DNA of 64,000 bases. It comes from Azolla caroliniana. Its lineage: Eukaryota; Plantae; Polypodiophyta. Positions within the stretch are counted from its first letter, which is position 1, and each line of letters opens with the position of its first letter. Of the stretch, positions 25,001 through 35,500 are shown one piece after another. Both the position numbers and the translations under genes were made by a program. The notes under the pieces were generated by a model. It saw nothing but the letters and a program-made list of their open reading frames with translations. It was not told the origin of the DNA and made no database searches. The DNA lies in contig JBHGNT010000018.1 of assembly GCA_043228905.1 (NCBI GenBank), positions 10,230,001 through 10,294,000 on the forward strand. Reading direction: 5' to 3'.

Positions 25001-25123
25001 TGACTTAACTACATTGAATATGTGTCATAGAACTATAAGATTCTATGACACACTAGTTACTACAATAGGTGGTGGGGTGTTCACACACTAGGGAAGTTGA
25101 GTTTGATTCTAAAGAGTTATACA
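21914..25123 (-). mobile_element. Ty1/copia element C, internally deleted (no RT/RNase H)
   Basis: LTR start TGAAAAGAAA(T/C)GAGAGTGATTAT at 21914 and 24769; iMet PBS 24757-24768; gag LPTEKLDRNNF; integrase CEACPFGKQH, HSDVWG, LRSDGGKEY; right boundary uncertain. Confidence 0.8.
23004..23433 (+). repeat. Solo LTR inserted in element C
   Basis: TGTTGAG...TTAACA, perfect TSD CTTTT. Confidence 0.9.
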
Positions 25124-26808
25124 TCTTTATTTTATAAGCTTTTATTATGAGATGTCGCTTACCTTTTTATGTCATTCTTCAACTCACACAAGCTAATACA
25201 TGATAGACAAATGGCATGCTTACATGAATGTCAGTCAAATGGCAATCATGCATAGATATGAGGTGGACAGTGTGCATGTGCCCAATTGTTATGGGCATAA
25301 CAGTAACCATAGTTCTCTAGGTTTTGGGTTAGATGTAGGCTAATTCATTAGCAATCAAGGTTACGGATTGATTTATTCTCAATATTATGAACACTACTAG
25401 GCTACATGGATGTTGATTTGAGCATGTAGAAGTGGAGGTGCCAAGGGAGTGGAGCATCTAGGAAGCGGTGAGTGGAGTGAAGGTGACATGATTAAGAGAG
25501 TTGGGTCATGATAACGACTCAATACATCTCTCGTCACGTACTCATTGGTCGGTGCTCTTCCACTAACTTGGCCGATGTGTTCTCTTTGTGACTTTGCGTT
25601 TCACATCAAGAGCATCCATTGTTCGTGTTCTTGTTGTGTCTGTTGGTTGCTCAAAGTTAGAAGGGTGTGTTAGTGCTTATGTTATCTTCTAGGCATGCAA
25701 TGCAAGTGGAGTGTCAGATGGAGATGTAGGTTGTAGTGTAGATTGAAGATGAAGATAGAACTAGAATAAAATGGAATAGAATATAAATGTTATCGTCCAT
25801 GATGAGGTCAATTTTGACTTATGGAACCAAATCAACATATCATCTTATCTTGTATGTGACGCCTTCCTAAGGAGGGTTATTACTCTGAAATGAAAGCTCT
25901 CAATCTGAAAATAATGCACACACATGTGCTCACCTTTGTCAGTGGAAATTTCGGTATGACACTCACATTATCATGCTCATTTAATAAGTCATCATATTTC
26001 TCACGAATTACCTTATGTGTTGAGCATGCAATAAATAAGCGCTAGAGATGTACATGAGAAAAATGGTAACAAAAACCATTACCCAAAATTTCTCGAAATA
26101 GATTTGATGTTAGTTTTAAAATTTCATGATATTTGGAATTTGAGATCGCCTATGCTAATTTTTTGCATCTCGTAATGTTTTACAAATTACTTTCCAAGTT
26201 ATGCAAAATCTTTTCATGGGAACACTCCAAATAAGAGAGATTTCGAACATGGAAGACCAAAATCTCCATCTTCCTATTTTTGCAAACTATTCTTGTATAC
26301 CATCTTACAACTCATTCATATGTCATTGCTACTTACACCAAGCAAAGCGCATGTAATATATGTGTGGAACCATGACATGATCCTAGTTGACAAATAGAGG
26401 TTAGCCTAATTAACAAATGGAGATTAACCTTATTAACAAATAGACATTAAGCTAATTAATAAATTGGATAGAATTGCAAATAATCAAGTGAAGGAAAATT
26501 ATTGAATTATCCTTCTCTAGACAACCACATATATATAGATTTTTAGACATCCATAGATGGTGCCATTGGCTTTTCTTTGAGCTAAGACAACATCAACGTT
26601 CACACCAAGATCCTTCCAAGAGACATCTTTGGCTGTTACCGTCTTCTTTTATTGTGTCAAAACCCTGATGTTATTGCATACACTTGAGGCTATCCATGAC
26701 CTTTTGTTCATGGTAAGCTGCAGGGAAATCAATATTTCAATTGAGTTTGCATAGATGTGGAGTTTATTGTCACAGATGTATGGATGTTTATAGTAATGCT
26801 CTTTGCAA

Positions 26809-28755
26809 CTAGGCGTTCCTCCACAATTTTGAGGACTTTCTAAGTTCTTGTACTTTTGTGATATGATCCCACATGTCCTGATCTGCATAAATCTTGTACA
26901 TGAGAATATAGCTAGAAGCATATTCAGGATCAATCTCCAAAAGTTGATTGAAGCACCGCTTCCCTAGATCTATCTCACCATACGTTTGGCACGACGATAA
27001 CAAAGAAACCCAACAAGTAGTATCTGCTTGGATCGGCATAGATTGTAGCAACACCTTGGCCTCTTCCAAAAGGCCAGCACGACCGAGAACATCAACCATA
27101 CAATTGAAATGCTCAGTGCCAGGCATGATATGATGACTATTTACCATCAGATTGAAATATTCTTGACATTTCTTTATTTCTCCTGCTTGACTACATGCAG
27201 CAAAAATATTGACATAGATGGTACCATTAGGGGTAATACCTTGTTGACTCATTTCGTGGAGACATTTCCCTACCAACTCATGATTGCCAAGTTGTGCATA
27301 TCCTGCAATCATTGCTCCCCATAACACTATATTCTTATCTGGAATTCTTTCAGATAAAATATGTGCCTCCCCTAAGCTTCCACACTTGACATACATATCT
27401 ACAAGAGCGCTCCCTATGGTTATATCTAGCTCAATTCCATTTCGTATGATCCGATCGTGTAACATTTTCCCTTGACCAAGAGCTCCAATCATGCCACACG
27501 CTTTCAAGGTACCCAAAAATGTGATTCGGTCTGGTCTTACCTTACTATTCATCATTCTGGTGAAAAGCAACAAAGATGTTCTACCCAGACCATATTGCAT
27601 ATAACCTGTTATGATTGCATTCCAAGATACCACATCTTTGTCTTGAAGCTTTTTGAACACATTGAAAGCCTCTTTCATGCTCCCACATTTCGTATATACA
27701 TCAACAAGAGCACTCCCAACTACTTTGTCTGACTCATATCTGCTCATTATAACACAGTCATGCACTATTCTTGCATGCTTAATAGATTGTGTACAACCAC
27801 AAGCTCTTAATACACCCAAATACACCACTTTATTCGGGTGTATGTCTTCATCTTCTTGCATTCTTTCGAATAGGTCAAGGGCCAAATAGTTGGCATTATT
27901 TTGTACATATCCCGATATCATCGCTCCCCATGAGACTATGTCTTTGTCATGCATTTTATCGAAAATCTCTCGTGCCACATCAAGTTTACCACATTTCACA
28001 TACATGTCAATAAGGGTACTACCCACAACAACATCGATTTCGAGCCCACTTCTGACTACTTGTTCATGAATCAATTTCCCACGATCTATCGCTCCTATGC
28101 TTGCACAAGCTTTGATGATACAAGAGAATGTGGATCTCTCTGGATTTATACCCTCATTTTGCATCTTATCATACAACTCAAGAGTGGAGACACCATCCTC
28201 TTCTTGATTACAGTGTGCCATCACAGTGTTAAATGCAACTGCATTTCGGCTGAAAAGCTTTAAAAATATATTCCGAGCTTCATTGGTTTCTCCACACTTA
28301 GCATACATATCAATGAGGGAACTACCCACGACAACATCACGTTCAAGGGCATCTCTAATCACGAGATCATGTAGTTCGATACCAAGGTTGACATCTCGTG
28401 CCTCGGCACATGCTTTCAAGACAGACGTATATATAAACTTGTCCGGAATGGTACCTAGTGAGAGCATCTTGTGATAGAGGAGAGCCACCATGTGGCTCTC
28501 TCCGACTGCGATGTAAGCAGATAGAAGGGAATGCCATGTAAATACACTAGGTTGGGAAACAGTGCAGAATGCAAGATTAGCGTCGAGGAGGCTGTGGCAG
28601 GAAGAGAAGAGACGAATGAGATGGTCTCCTAGCACCGATACAGTGTCAAGTCCGTGAGAAAGCATAAGGTAGTGGACATGTCTAGCTCCTGCAAGGTCCT
28701 TGTGTTTGCTGCAGAGCTGGAGGAGCGAGTATATGGCCTCTCTGGATATGCCCAT
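26809..28755 (-). CDS. PLS-class pentatricopeptide repeat protein with E domains (organellar RNA-editing factor family), 648 aa, no DYW
   Basis: Repeated VGSxLIDMYxKCG...A..F..M..D.VSW.A.I.GY units; HFNCMVDVLGRAGLLEEA; WVSLLSSCQTYG; SSYILMYKIYA; uninterrupted ORF. Confidence 0.95.
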   Translation of the reverse strand: MGISREAIYSLLQLCSKHKDLAGARHVHYLMLSHGLDTVSVLGDHLIRLFSSCHSLLDANLAFCTVSQPSVFTWHSLLSAYIAVGESHMVALLYHKMLSLGTIPDKFIYTSVLKACAEARDVNLGIELHDLVIRDALERDVVVGSSLIDMYAKCGETNEARNIFLKLFSRNAVAFNTVMAHCNQEEDGVSTLELYDKMQNEGINPERSTFSCIIKACASIGAIDRGKLIHEQVVRSGLEIDVVVGSTLIDMYVKCGKLDVAREIFDKMHDKDIVSWGAMISGYVQNNANYLALDLFERMQEDEDIHPNKVVYLGVLRACGCTQSIKHARIVHDCVIMSRYESDKVVGSALVDVYTKCGSMKEAFNVFKKLQDKDVVSWNAIITGYMQYGLGRTSLLLFTRMMNSKVRPDRITFLGTLKACGMIGALGQGKMLHDRIIRNGIELDITIGSALVDMYVKCGSLGEAHILSERIPDKNIVLWGAMIAGYAQLGNHELVGKCLHEMSQQGITPNGTIYVNIFAACSQAGEIKKCQEYFNLMVNSHHIMPGTEHFNCMVDVLGRAGLLEEAKVLLQSMPIQADTTCWVSLLSSCQTYGEIDLGKRCFNQLLEIDPEYASSYILMYKIYADQDMWDHITKVQELRKSSKLWRNA

Positions 28756-28934
28756 CCCCTCCTGCTCCTCCTACCCATTCTCTCTCTTCTCTTCTCTTCT
28801 CAGAAACAGAGCTGCTAGGCATGCCTTTTGCTTTGGTCGTCTGCAATTTGTAAGTTGTAAGTTGTAACGGTAAGGGAGACACGCAGAGAAGAAGAGAGTG
28901 CGAAGAAAAGCCAAAAGCCTTGGCTTCTCTCCTC

Positions 28935-28984
28935 TGTGCGTGTGCGTGTGCGTGTGCGTGTGCGTGTGCGTGTGTGCGTGTGTG
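28935..28984. repeat. (GTGCGT)n microsatellite at the left MULE flank
   Basis: Direct reading; a GT repeat resumes at 49056 on the other side of the element. Confidence 0.9.
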
Positions 28985-28988
28985 GCTT

Positions 28989-29097
28989 GTGACTAACTAC
29001 TACCAAATATTTAAAGGGCAAGTGAGGGAATCACGGAGAGGGATGGTGCAAGTCGCACCGTTGATGGCGCGTTTGATCTCCACCGTCCAAGATGGAT
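28989..29097 (+). repeat. Left TIR of the MULE
   Basis: GTGACTAACTACTACCAAATATTTAAAGGGCAAGTGAGGGAATCACGGAGAGGGA matches the reverse complement of 48935-49047. Confidence 0.88.
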
Positions 29098-29474
29098 AAA
29101 AAGCTGACAGCCTCTGAGAAAAGGAGGCTGACTCTGTGTAAAGGAGCCCAACTCTGTCAGAAGGAGCCCCGCTGTCTAACAGCATCAGCAAGAAGGAGCC
29201 TGACTCTGTCGAAAGGAGCCCTGCTGTTTGACAACCTTTGTCATCAAGAGCCCGACCGACTCAGGGAAGGAGCCCGACTTAAAAACAAACATCAAAAACT
29301 CCAAAAAATTGTAAGTGTACAACAAATTTTTGCCATGAAAATGATCATAAAATTTCTCAAAAAAGCTTAAAGATTCAAATAACAAGTCTTACATAAAATG
29401 TTAAAATGTCAAATGTTGACAACCCTAAAATCAAATATGAATATACATGTTACATATTAAGATTATGGCTCATG

Positions 29475-29734
29475 TCAGGATGATTGCAAGATGCAACCAC
29501 AATTTTTACAACATGTAACATTCGAGTCCCTTGAAGTCAAGGTCAAGCCATCGCAACGCAAACACCGAACCTTCTCATGGTCACCTATTGGCAATCGCCT
29601 CCTAGCCCGACTTACACCTCTTTGTAGTTTTCCGAAGTGGGATTTGGAAGTGTTTGGGGAGCTACCAATAAGTTCTTGCGAGATGTCTATTGTTGCACTT
29701 CTTTTGGCACCGATTTGTTGGTTGTGACTTATTG
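29475..29734 (-). pseudogene. Displaced C-terminus of the MULE transposase with a C4 zinc-ribbon-like motif
   Basis: Joins in frame to 40752 after removing element D (EDGR|SISHNQQ); CLRC...CKNC. Confidence 0.8.
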
Positions 29735-30181
29735 ATTTGTGTTGAGAGACAAGCTCAACATCGGTCGGATCAGCTGAAGAAGCCGAGGACCGGATCGGTT
29801 GGGACCGATCGGTTAGGCCGAATGCGTAAACCGGTACGCAGACCGGTGCGTAGGTAGGGCCGGATCGGTGCGTAAACCGGGAGGCCGTTAGGAAAGATAT
29901 TCTGTGAGGAATATATTTGGGAGTTAGTGTAGGAGCTCTTAATGAGCATTGAAGTACTGTCAGTCCTTCTAGGACTTGTATAAAAGTGTTCATTGAACAC
30001 ACACATGTATATAGTGGTGAATAGAGATTGTGTACTTCTATTGAATATAGTTCTTGTGTTTTCTCTCTCTCACTCGCTCTGTCTCTCCCGAGTATACTGT
30101 GTAAGCTCAAGCTCTCCATTAAACTTGAGTTTTCTTCCTTCTGTTCAGTCTTCATACTTGCTTCTGCACGCTACTTTTTAC

Positions 30182-30444
30182 TGTTGAACACAGTGCTCGG
30201 CCGCCACCGAGGAATAGGATCAACTTACAGAAAACAGGAAATACAAAATGCACGAAGACAATAGAGAAAAGAGTACACAGGATGTTTTACGTGGAAAACC
30301 CTAAGTGGGAAAAACCACGGGAGTCCTCAAACTCCAACTATCACTATAAACAGAGATGTACAATGGTGAAGCTACAAGGCAACAACCCTGAGCTCACTGT
30401 CTTCGCCACAGGCGGCGGTAATACACAGAGGCAACGACCTCTTC

Positions 30445-30479
<35 letters not shown>

Positions 30480-33400
30480 CTGCTCACTTAGCTCCCTCTA
30501 AGTGGAAAACAGAAAGATGAGCAACAACAACAAACTGTTTGCCCTAAGTCATATTTATACACATATGACTTTCGGGCTATTTACAAATATAGCCTCAAGG
30601 GCCCTTGGCAAACATATTCACAAATATGTCCCAGCATCCGGATCTCTCTCCGGGTACATTCGTCATCCGGCTCCGTAGCCGGGGTCTTCGTCATCCGGCT
30701 CCCGGACATCTGACCATCCCATCCGGAGGGACCGTAATCCCAACAAACTCCCCCTTCACTTCGGCATGGGATGTCTTTCCAGTCCGACCCTCTTCCGGCA
30801 TGCTTCCAGCTTGTCGGGTGTGAGCACTTTGGTCAGCATATCTGACCCGTTCTCGTCCGTGTGGATCTTTGTCAGCACGAACTCCTGGTCTTCTATCCTT
30901 TCCCGGATCCAGTGATATCTTCGCTGGATGTGCTTCGTCCGGGAGTGATAGGCCGCGTTCTTCGCAAGGTGGATGGCACTCTGACTGTCGCAGTAGAGTC
31001 GGTACTCCTCCTGCCGGATACCGAGCTCTCTAATGAAGTCCTTCATCCATATTATTTCCCTGCCGGCTTCAACAGCCGCCATGTACTCCGCCTCCGTGGT
31101 TGACAACGCAACCGTCTTCTGCAGCCTCGACTGCCACGAAACCGCTCCCCCTGCATACGTCATCACATACCCTGATGTGGACCGGCTGGTATCTGCATCA
31201 GCCGACATATCCGAATCAGTAAAACCGTCGAGTTCGGGCTTACCGGAGCCAAATCGGAGGCACACGTTTGCCGTGCCCTTCAGGTATCGGAGTATCCACT
31301 TGACCGCGTTCTAGTGCTCTTTGCCGGGATTGCTCATGTACCGGCTCACCACTCCGACTGCATATCCTATGTCCGGTCTTGTACACACCATTGCGTACAT
31401 CAAGCTTCCGATGGCAGAGGAATATGGTACTTTCATCATGTCCTCCTTCTCAGCCTTTGTCTTGGGGCTTTGCTTGCTGGACAACTTGCAGTTTGCCGGG
31501 AGGGTTGACCCGACCGGTCTTGCTTCCGACATGTTGAACCGGTGAAGCACCTTTGTCACGTACTTCTCCTGTGACAGCCACAACTGCTTCTTCTTCCGGT
31601 CCCGGATGATGTGCATCCCTAACATTTGCCTCGCCGGACCCAAGTCCTTCATTGAGAAGGTTCGGTGAAGAGCCTTCTTCAGCATCCGTATCTTGGCCTG
31701 GTCCCGTCCGACGATCAACATGTCGTCCACGTACAGGAGGAGTATTAGAAAGTCTCCTCCTTCGAACTTCTTCACAAACACGCAGTGATCGGACTACGTT
31801 TTGTGGTACCCTTCGTCGATCATGAAAGAGTCGAACTTCCGGTACCATTGCCGGGGAGCCTGCTTCAGTCCGTAAAGGCTCTTCTTCAACCGGCATACCA
31901 GGTGCTCCTTCCCTTTCTTCTCGAATCCTTCCGGTTGCTGCATGTAGATCTCTTCTTCGAGGTCACCGTGAAGGAATGCCGTCTTCACGTCCATCTGTTC
32001 TACCTCGAGGTCCATGCTTGCTGCTATGCTCAGCACTGTCCGGATGGAGGTCATCTTCACTACCGGGGCAAATATCTCGTCGAAGTCGACGCCCTTCTTC
32101 TGCTGGAACCCCTTCACCACGATCCTGGCTTTGTATCTCGGGGGGTTTCCGGCATCTCCCGGTTTCAGCTTGAACACCCACTTGTTTCGAAGTGCCTGCT
32201 TTCCTTTCGGCAACTCCACAAGTTCATATGTGTGGTTCTCATGCAGGGAATCCATCTCCTCCTGCATGGCACTTAACCACCTGCGGCTATGGGTGTCATG
32301 CTTTGCTTCTTCAAAACTCTCCGGCTCACCCTCGTCAGTTAGCAGCACGTGCTCTGGTTCCGGAAATCTCCGGGGGGCCCTTCTCTCTCTTAGAGGATAT
32401 CTCCGTTCCGGAGCTTCGGTAACCGGCTCCTCCGTTTCCTCTTCATCCGAATCCATTTCGGGATCGGGGCCGGTTCCGGTATCAGTTTCATCTTCCTCGG
32501 TCGGTTCTATTTCTTCACCGTCTTCGGCCGGATCCTCGAGTGCTAACCGGTCCCTTTCCGGTCGGGACTGCTCCTCGTAGAGTTGATCCTCACCGGTCGA
32601 CTTGGAGCTCTTCATCTTCTTCTCCGACTCCCAGTCGGCGAGTGTCTTGTCCTCCATGAAGATGATATCTCGACTCCTGAATATCTTCTTGTCAACCGGG
32701 TCCCATACTCGGTAGCCAAACTCGTCGTCGCCGTAACCGAGGAATATGCATGGCCGGGTCTTTGGATCTAGCTTTCCTCTCCGGTCCTTTGCCACATGCA
32801 CATATGCGAGACACCCGAACACCTTCAGATGCCGGTAGGATACTTCCCTACCGGTCCACACTCTCTGCGGCGTGTCTCCGTCCAAAGGTACTGAGGGTGA
32901 TCTGTTTATCACGTATGTCGCCGTCGACATTGCCTCAGCCCAAAACCCCTTGGGTAATTTCGCATGTGCCAGCATACTCCGGACCCTCTCCATTATGGTC
33001 CGGTTCATCCTCTCGGCCAGCCCGTTCAGTTCCGGCGTCTTCGGCACAGTAAACTCGAGCCGGATTCCCTTCAAGCGACAGTACTCCGCGAACTGCCCCC
33101 GGTATTCCCCTCCGTTATCCGCTCGTATCGCTTTCAGCTTCTTGCCGGATTCCCTTTCCACTCTCGCGTGGAGTTCTTTGAAGACGCACAACACTTGGTC
33201 CTTTGTCTTCAACGGTGCCGTCCACAGCTTCCGGCTCTGATCATCAATGAATGTCACGAAGTACTGGGCTCCGCCATGTGACTTCGTTTCTACTTGACAC
33301 ACGTCAGTGTGCACCAACTCCAATGGTGCGCTACGTCTCGTCGGTGGCCTTGAGTGGAAGGAGGTTCGGTTCTGCTTACCGGCCAGGCAATCGGTGCACT

Positions 33401-35123
33401 TCTCCAGGTGCACATGCTTCACTGGAATAAGGTTGTCTTCTGCAAGCCTCTTCATCCCCTTCTCGCTCATGTGGCACAGTCTCTTGTGCCATAGCTCACC
33501 GGCAGTGTCAGTTGCCACGTTCAGCTCCTCCGGACATAGCCGGGAATTCATCAGGTACAGTGTGTTGATCTTCCGGGCCCGAGCCACTATCAGGCTCCCT
33601 TTGCTGAACTTCATTACGCCGTTCCGGATGCTACCTGTGTAGCCTTCATCGTCTAGCCTCCCGGCCGAAATCAGGTTCAATCGAACCTCCGGAACGTGTC
33701 GAACATCCTTCAGCAGCATCTTGCATCCGGTTGATGTCATCAGCCACACGTCTCCTATGCCGGCAATCCGGCATGTACCTTCATTTCCCATCCGGACACA
33801 GCCGTGCTCACCGGCTGTGTAGGATGAGAAGTATTTCTTCTCCGGGGTCAGGTGGAACGACGCTCCGGAATCGACCACCCAGGTCATCTCTTCACCGGCA
33901 AGGTTCAGCTCCCTCTCTTCGGTAATGAGCATTATCTCTTCTTCACTTGCCGCGAGTGCCGTCGTTCCTTTCCGGTCCTGCCCTCGCCGATCCGGACCTC
34001 TCCGGTCCGTGGCTCCCCGGTATGCACCGTTTCGCTCCGGTGACTTCTTCGAATCGATACCGTCGATTCCGTTGTCTTTCCGGTAATGCCGACAATTCTT
34101 TCGGAAGTGCCCCGGCTTCCCACAGTGGAAGCATGTGGGCCTTCCCCTTGACTGCGACCGGGTCCCCAACTTCTCCCGTCTTTGTGGACTTCGGTTCCGT
34201 TGTCTTCCCCGATCCGATTCGGCAAGCAGCATCTTCGGATCGGAGGCCGGTTCTTTATCTCTCCGACGCGCTTCTTCGTTCAAAATGCTTGTCTTTACCG
34301 TTTGTAGAGACAAGTTATCTTCGGTGCAGGAGGTGCTGAGAGTCACCACCAAGTTCTCCCAGCTTTCCGGCAATGTACACATCAGGATGATGGCTTGCAT
34401 TGCATCCTCCAACGGGAACTTGATCGCCGCAAGCTGGTTCACGAATCCCATGAACGTGCTTACGTGTTCCACCATACTCTCGCCGTCCCGGTACTTGAGG
34501 TTCACTATCTTCCTCATCAGGGAGGTCCGGTTCAACGCATTCTTCCTCTCGTAGAGGCCCGACAGCTTCCGCCACATCTCATATGCGTTGGTGTCGTTCG
34601 CCACGTGTTGTAGAACGCTCACGTCGACGTATTGCCGAATGGTTGCAACGGCTTTCCGGTTCAGAAGCCTCCATTCCGTCTCAAGTACCCCCTTGGGTAT
34701 TTCCGACCTGTCGATCGGTTCATACAGGTCCCGAACAATGAGCAGATCCTCCATCTTTATCTTCCAGTTGGCGTAGTTCTGCGCATTCAGCACCATCATC
34801 CCCGGCTGCCCGCTGCTGCCGCCTTCCGTTTTCTGTGTTACCGTCGCTCTGATACCACTTTGTTGAACACAGTGCTCGGCCGCCACCGAGGAATAGGATC
34901 AACTTACAGAAAACAGGAAATACAAAATGCACGAAGACAATAGAGAAAAGAGTACACAGGATGTTTTACGTGGAAAACCCTAAGTGGGAAAAACCACGGG
35001 AGTCCTCAAACTCCAACTATCACTATAAACAGAGATGTACAATGGTGAAGCTACAAGGCAACAACCCTGAGCTCACTGTCTTCGCCACAGGCGGCGGTAA
35101 TACACAGAGGCAACGACCTCTTC

Positions 35124-35156
<33 letters not shown>

Positions 35157-35422
35157 CTGCTCACTTAGCTCCCTCTAAGTGGAAAACAGAAAGATGAGCA
35201 ACAACAACAAACTGTTTGCCCTAAGTCATATTTATACACATATGACTTTCGGGCTATTTACAAATATAGCCTCAAGGGCCCTTGGCAAACATATTCACAA
35301 ATATGTCCCAGCATCCGGATCTCTCTCCGGGTACATTCGTCATCCGGCTCCGTAGCCGGGGTCTTCGTCATCCGGCTCCCGGACATCTGACCATCCCATC
35401 CGGAGGGACCGTAATCCCAACA
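30182..35422 (-). mobile_element. Young full-length Tnt1-like Ty1/copia element E nested in the 5' LTR of D
   Basis: LTRs 30182-30745 and 34861-35422 identical by eye except (TC)16 vs (TC)15; TSD TTTAC; iMet PBS 34846-34857; PPT AAGGGGGAGTT 30746-30756. Confidence 0.97.
30756..34799 (-). pseudogene. Copia gag-pol of element E, single frame (~1347 aa) with two in-frame TAG stops
   Basis: CFHCGKPGHFRKNC, WVVDSGASFH, VHTDVC, RADNGGEY, QMDVKTAFLHG, LLYVDDML, STTEAEY; stops at 31794-96 and 31311-13. Confidence 0.95.
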
Positions 35423-35500
35423 TTTACATGGTATCAGAGCGCGAGGGTTGAGAACCTCTCTGCAGCTGACACAGCTTGACGAAGAAGAACAAGAAGAACG

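Noticed and set aside
25287-25302. TGTTATGGGCAT matching the foldback terminus
   Set aside because: Only 12 bp, and no partner end or TSD was found nearby; unsupported without a search
8760-29739. Same TSD ATTTG for related elements B and D
   Set aside because: Only two sites, opposite element orientations and one mismatched copy; not enough to claim target specificity
29475-30155. 226-aa and 336-aa (39714-40724) ORFs starting MKTEQKEEN
   Set aside because: Antisense read-through of D's LTRs; only 29475-29734 is genuine (transposase tail)
31311-31796. RNA-editing rescue of the two stops in element E by the neighbouring PPR
   Set aside because: PLS-PPR editing is organellar and the two stops would need different chemistries (U-to-C and A-to-G); DNA deamination explains both
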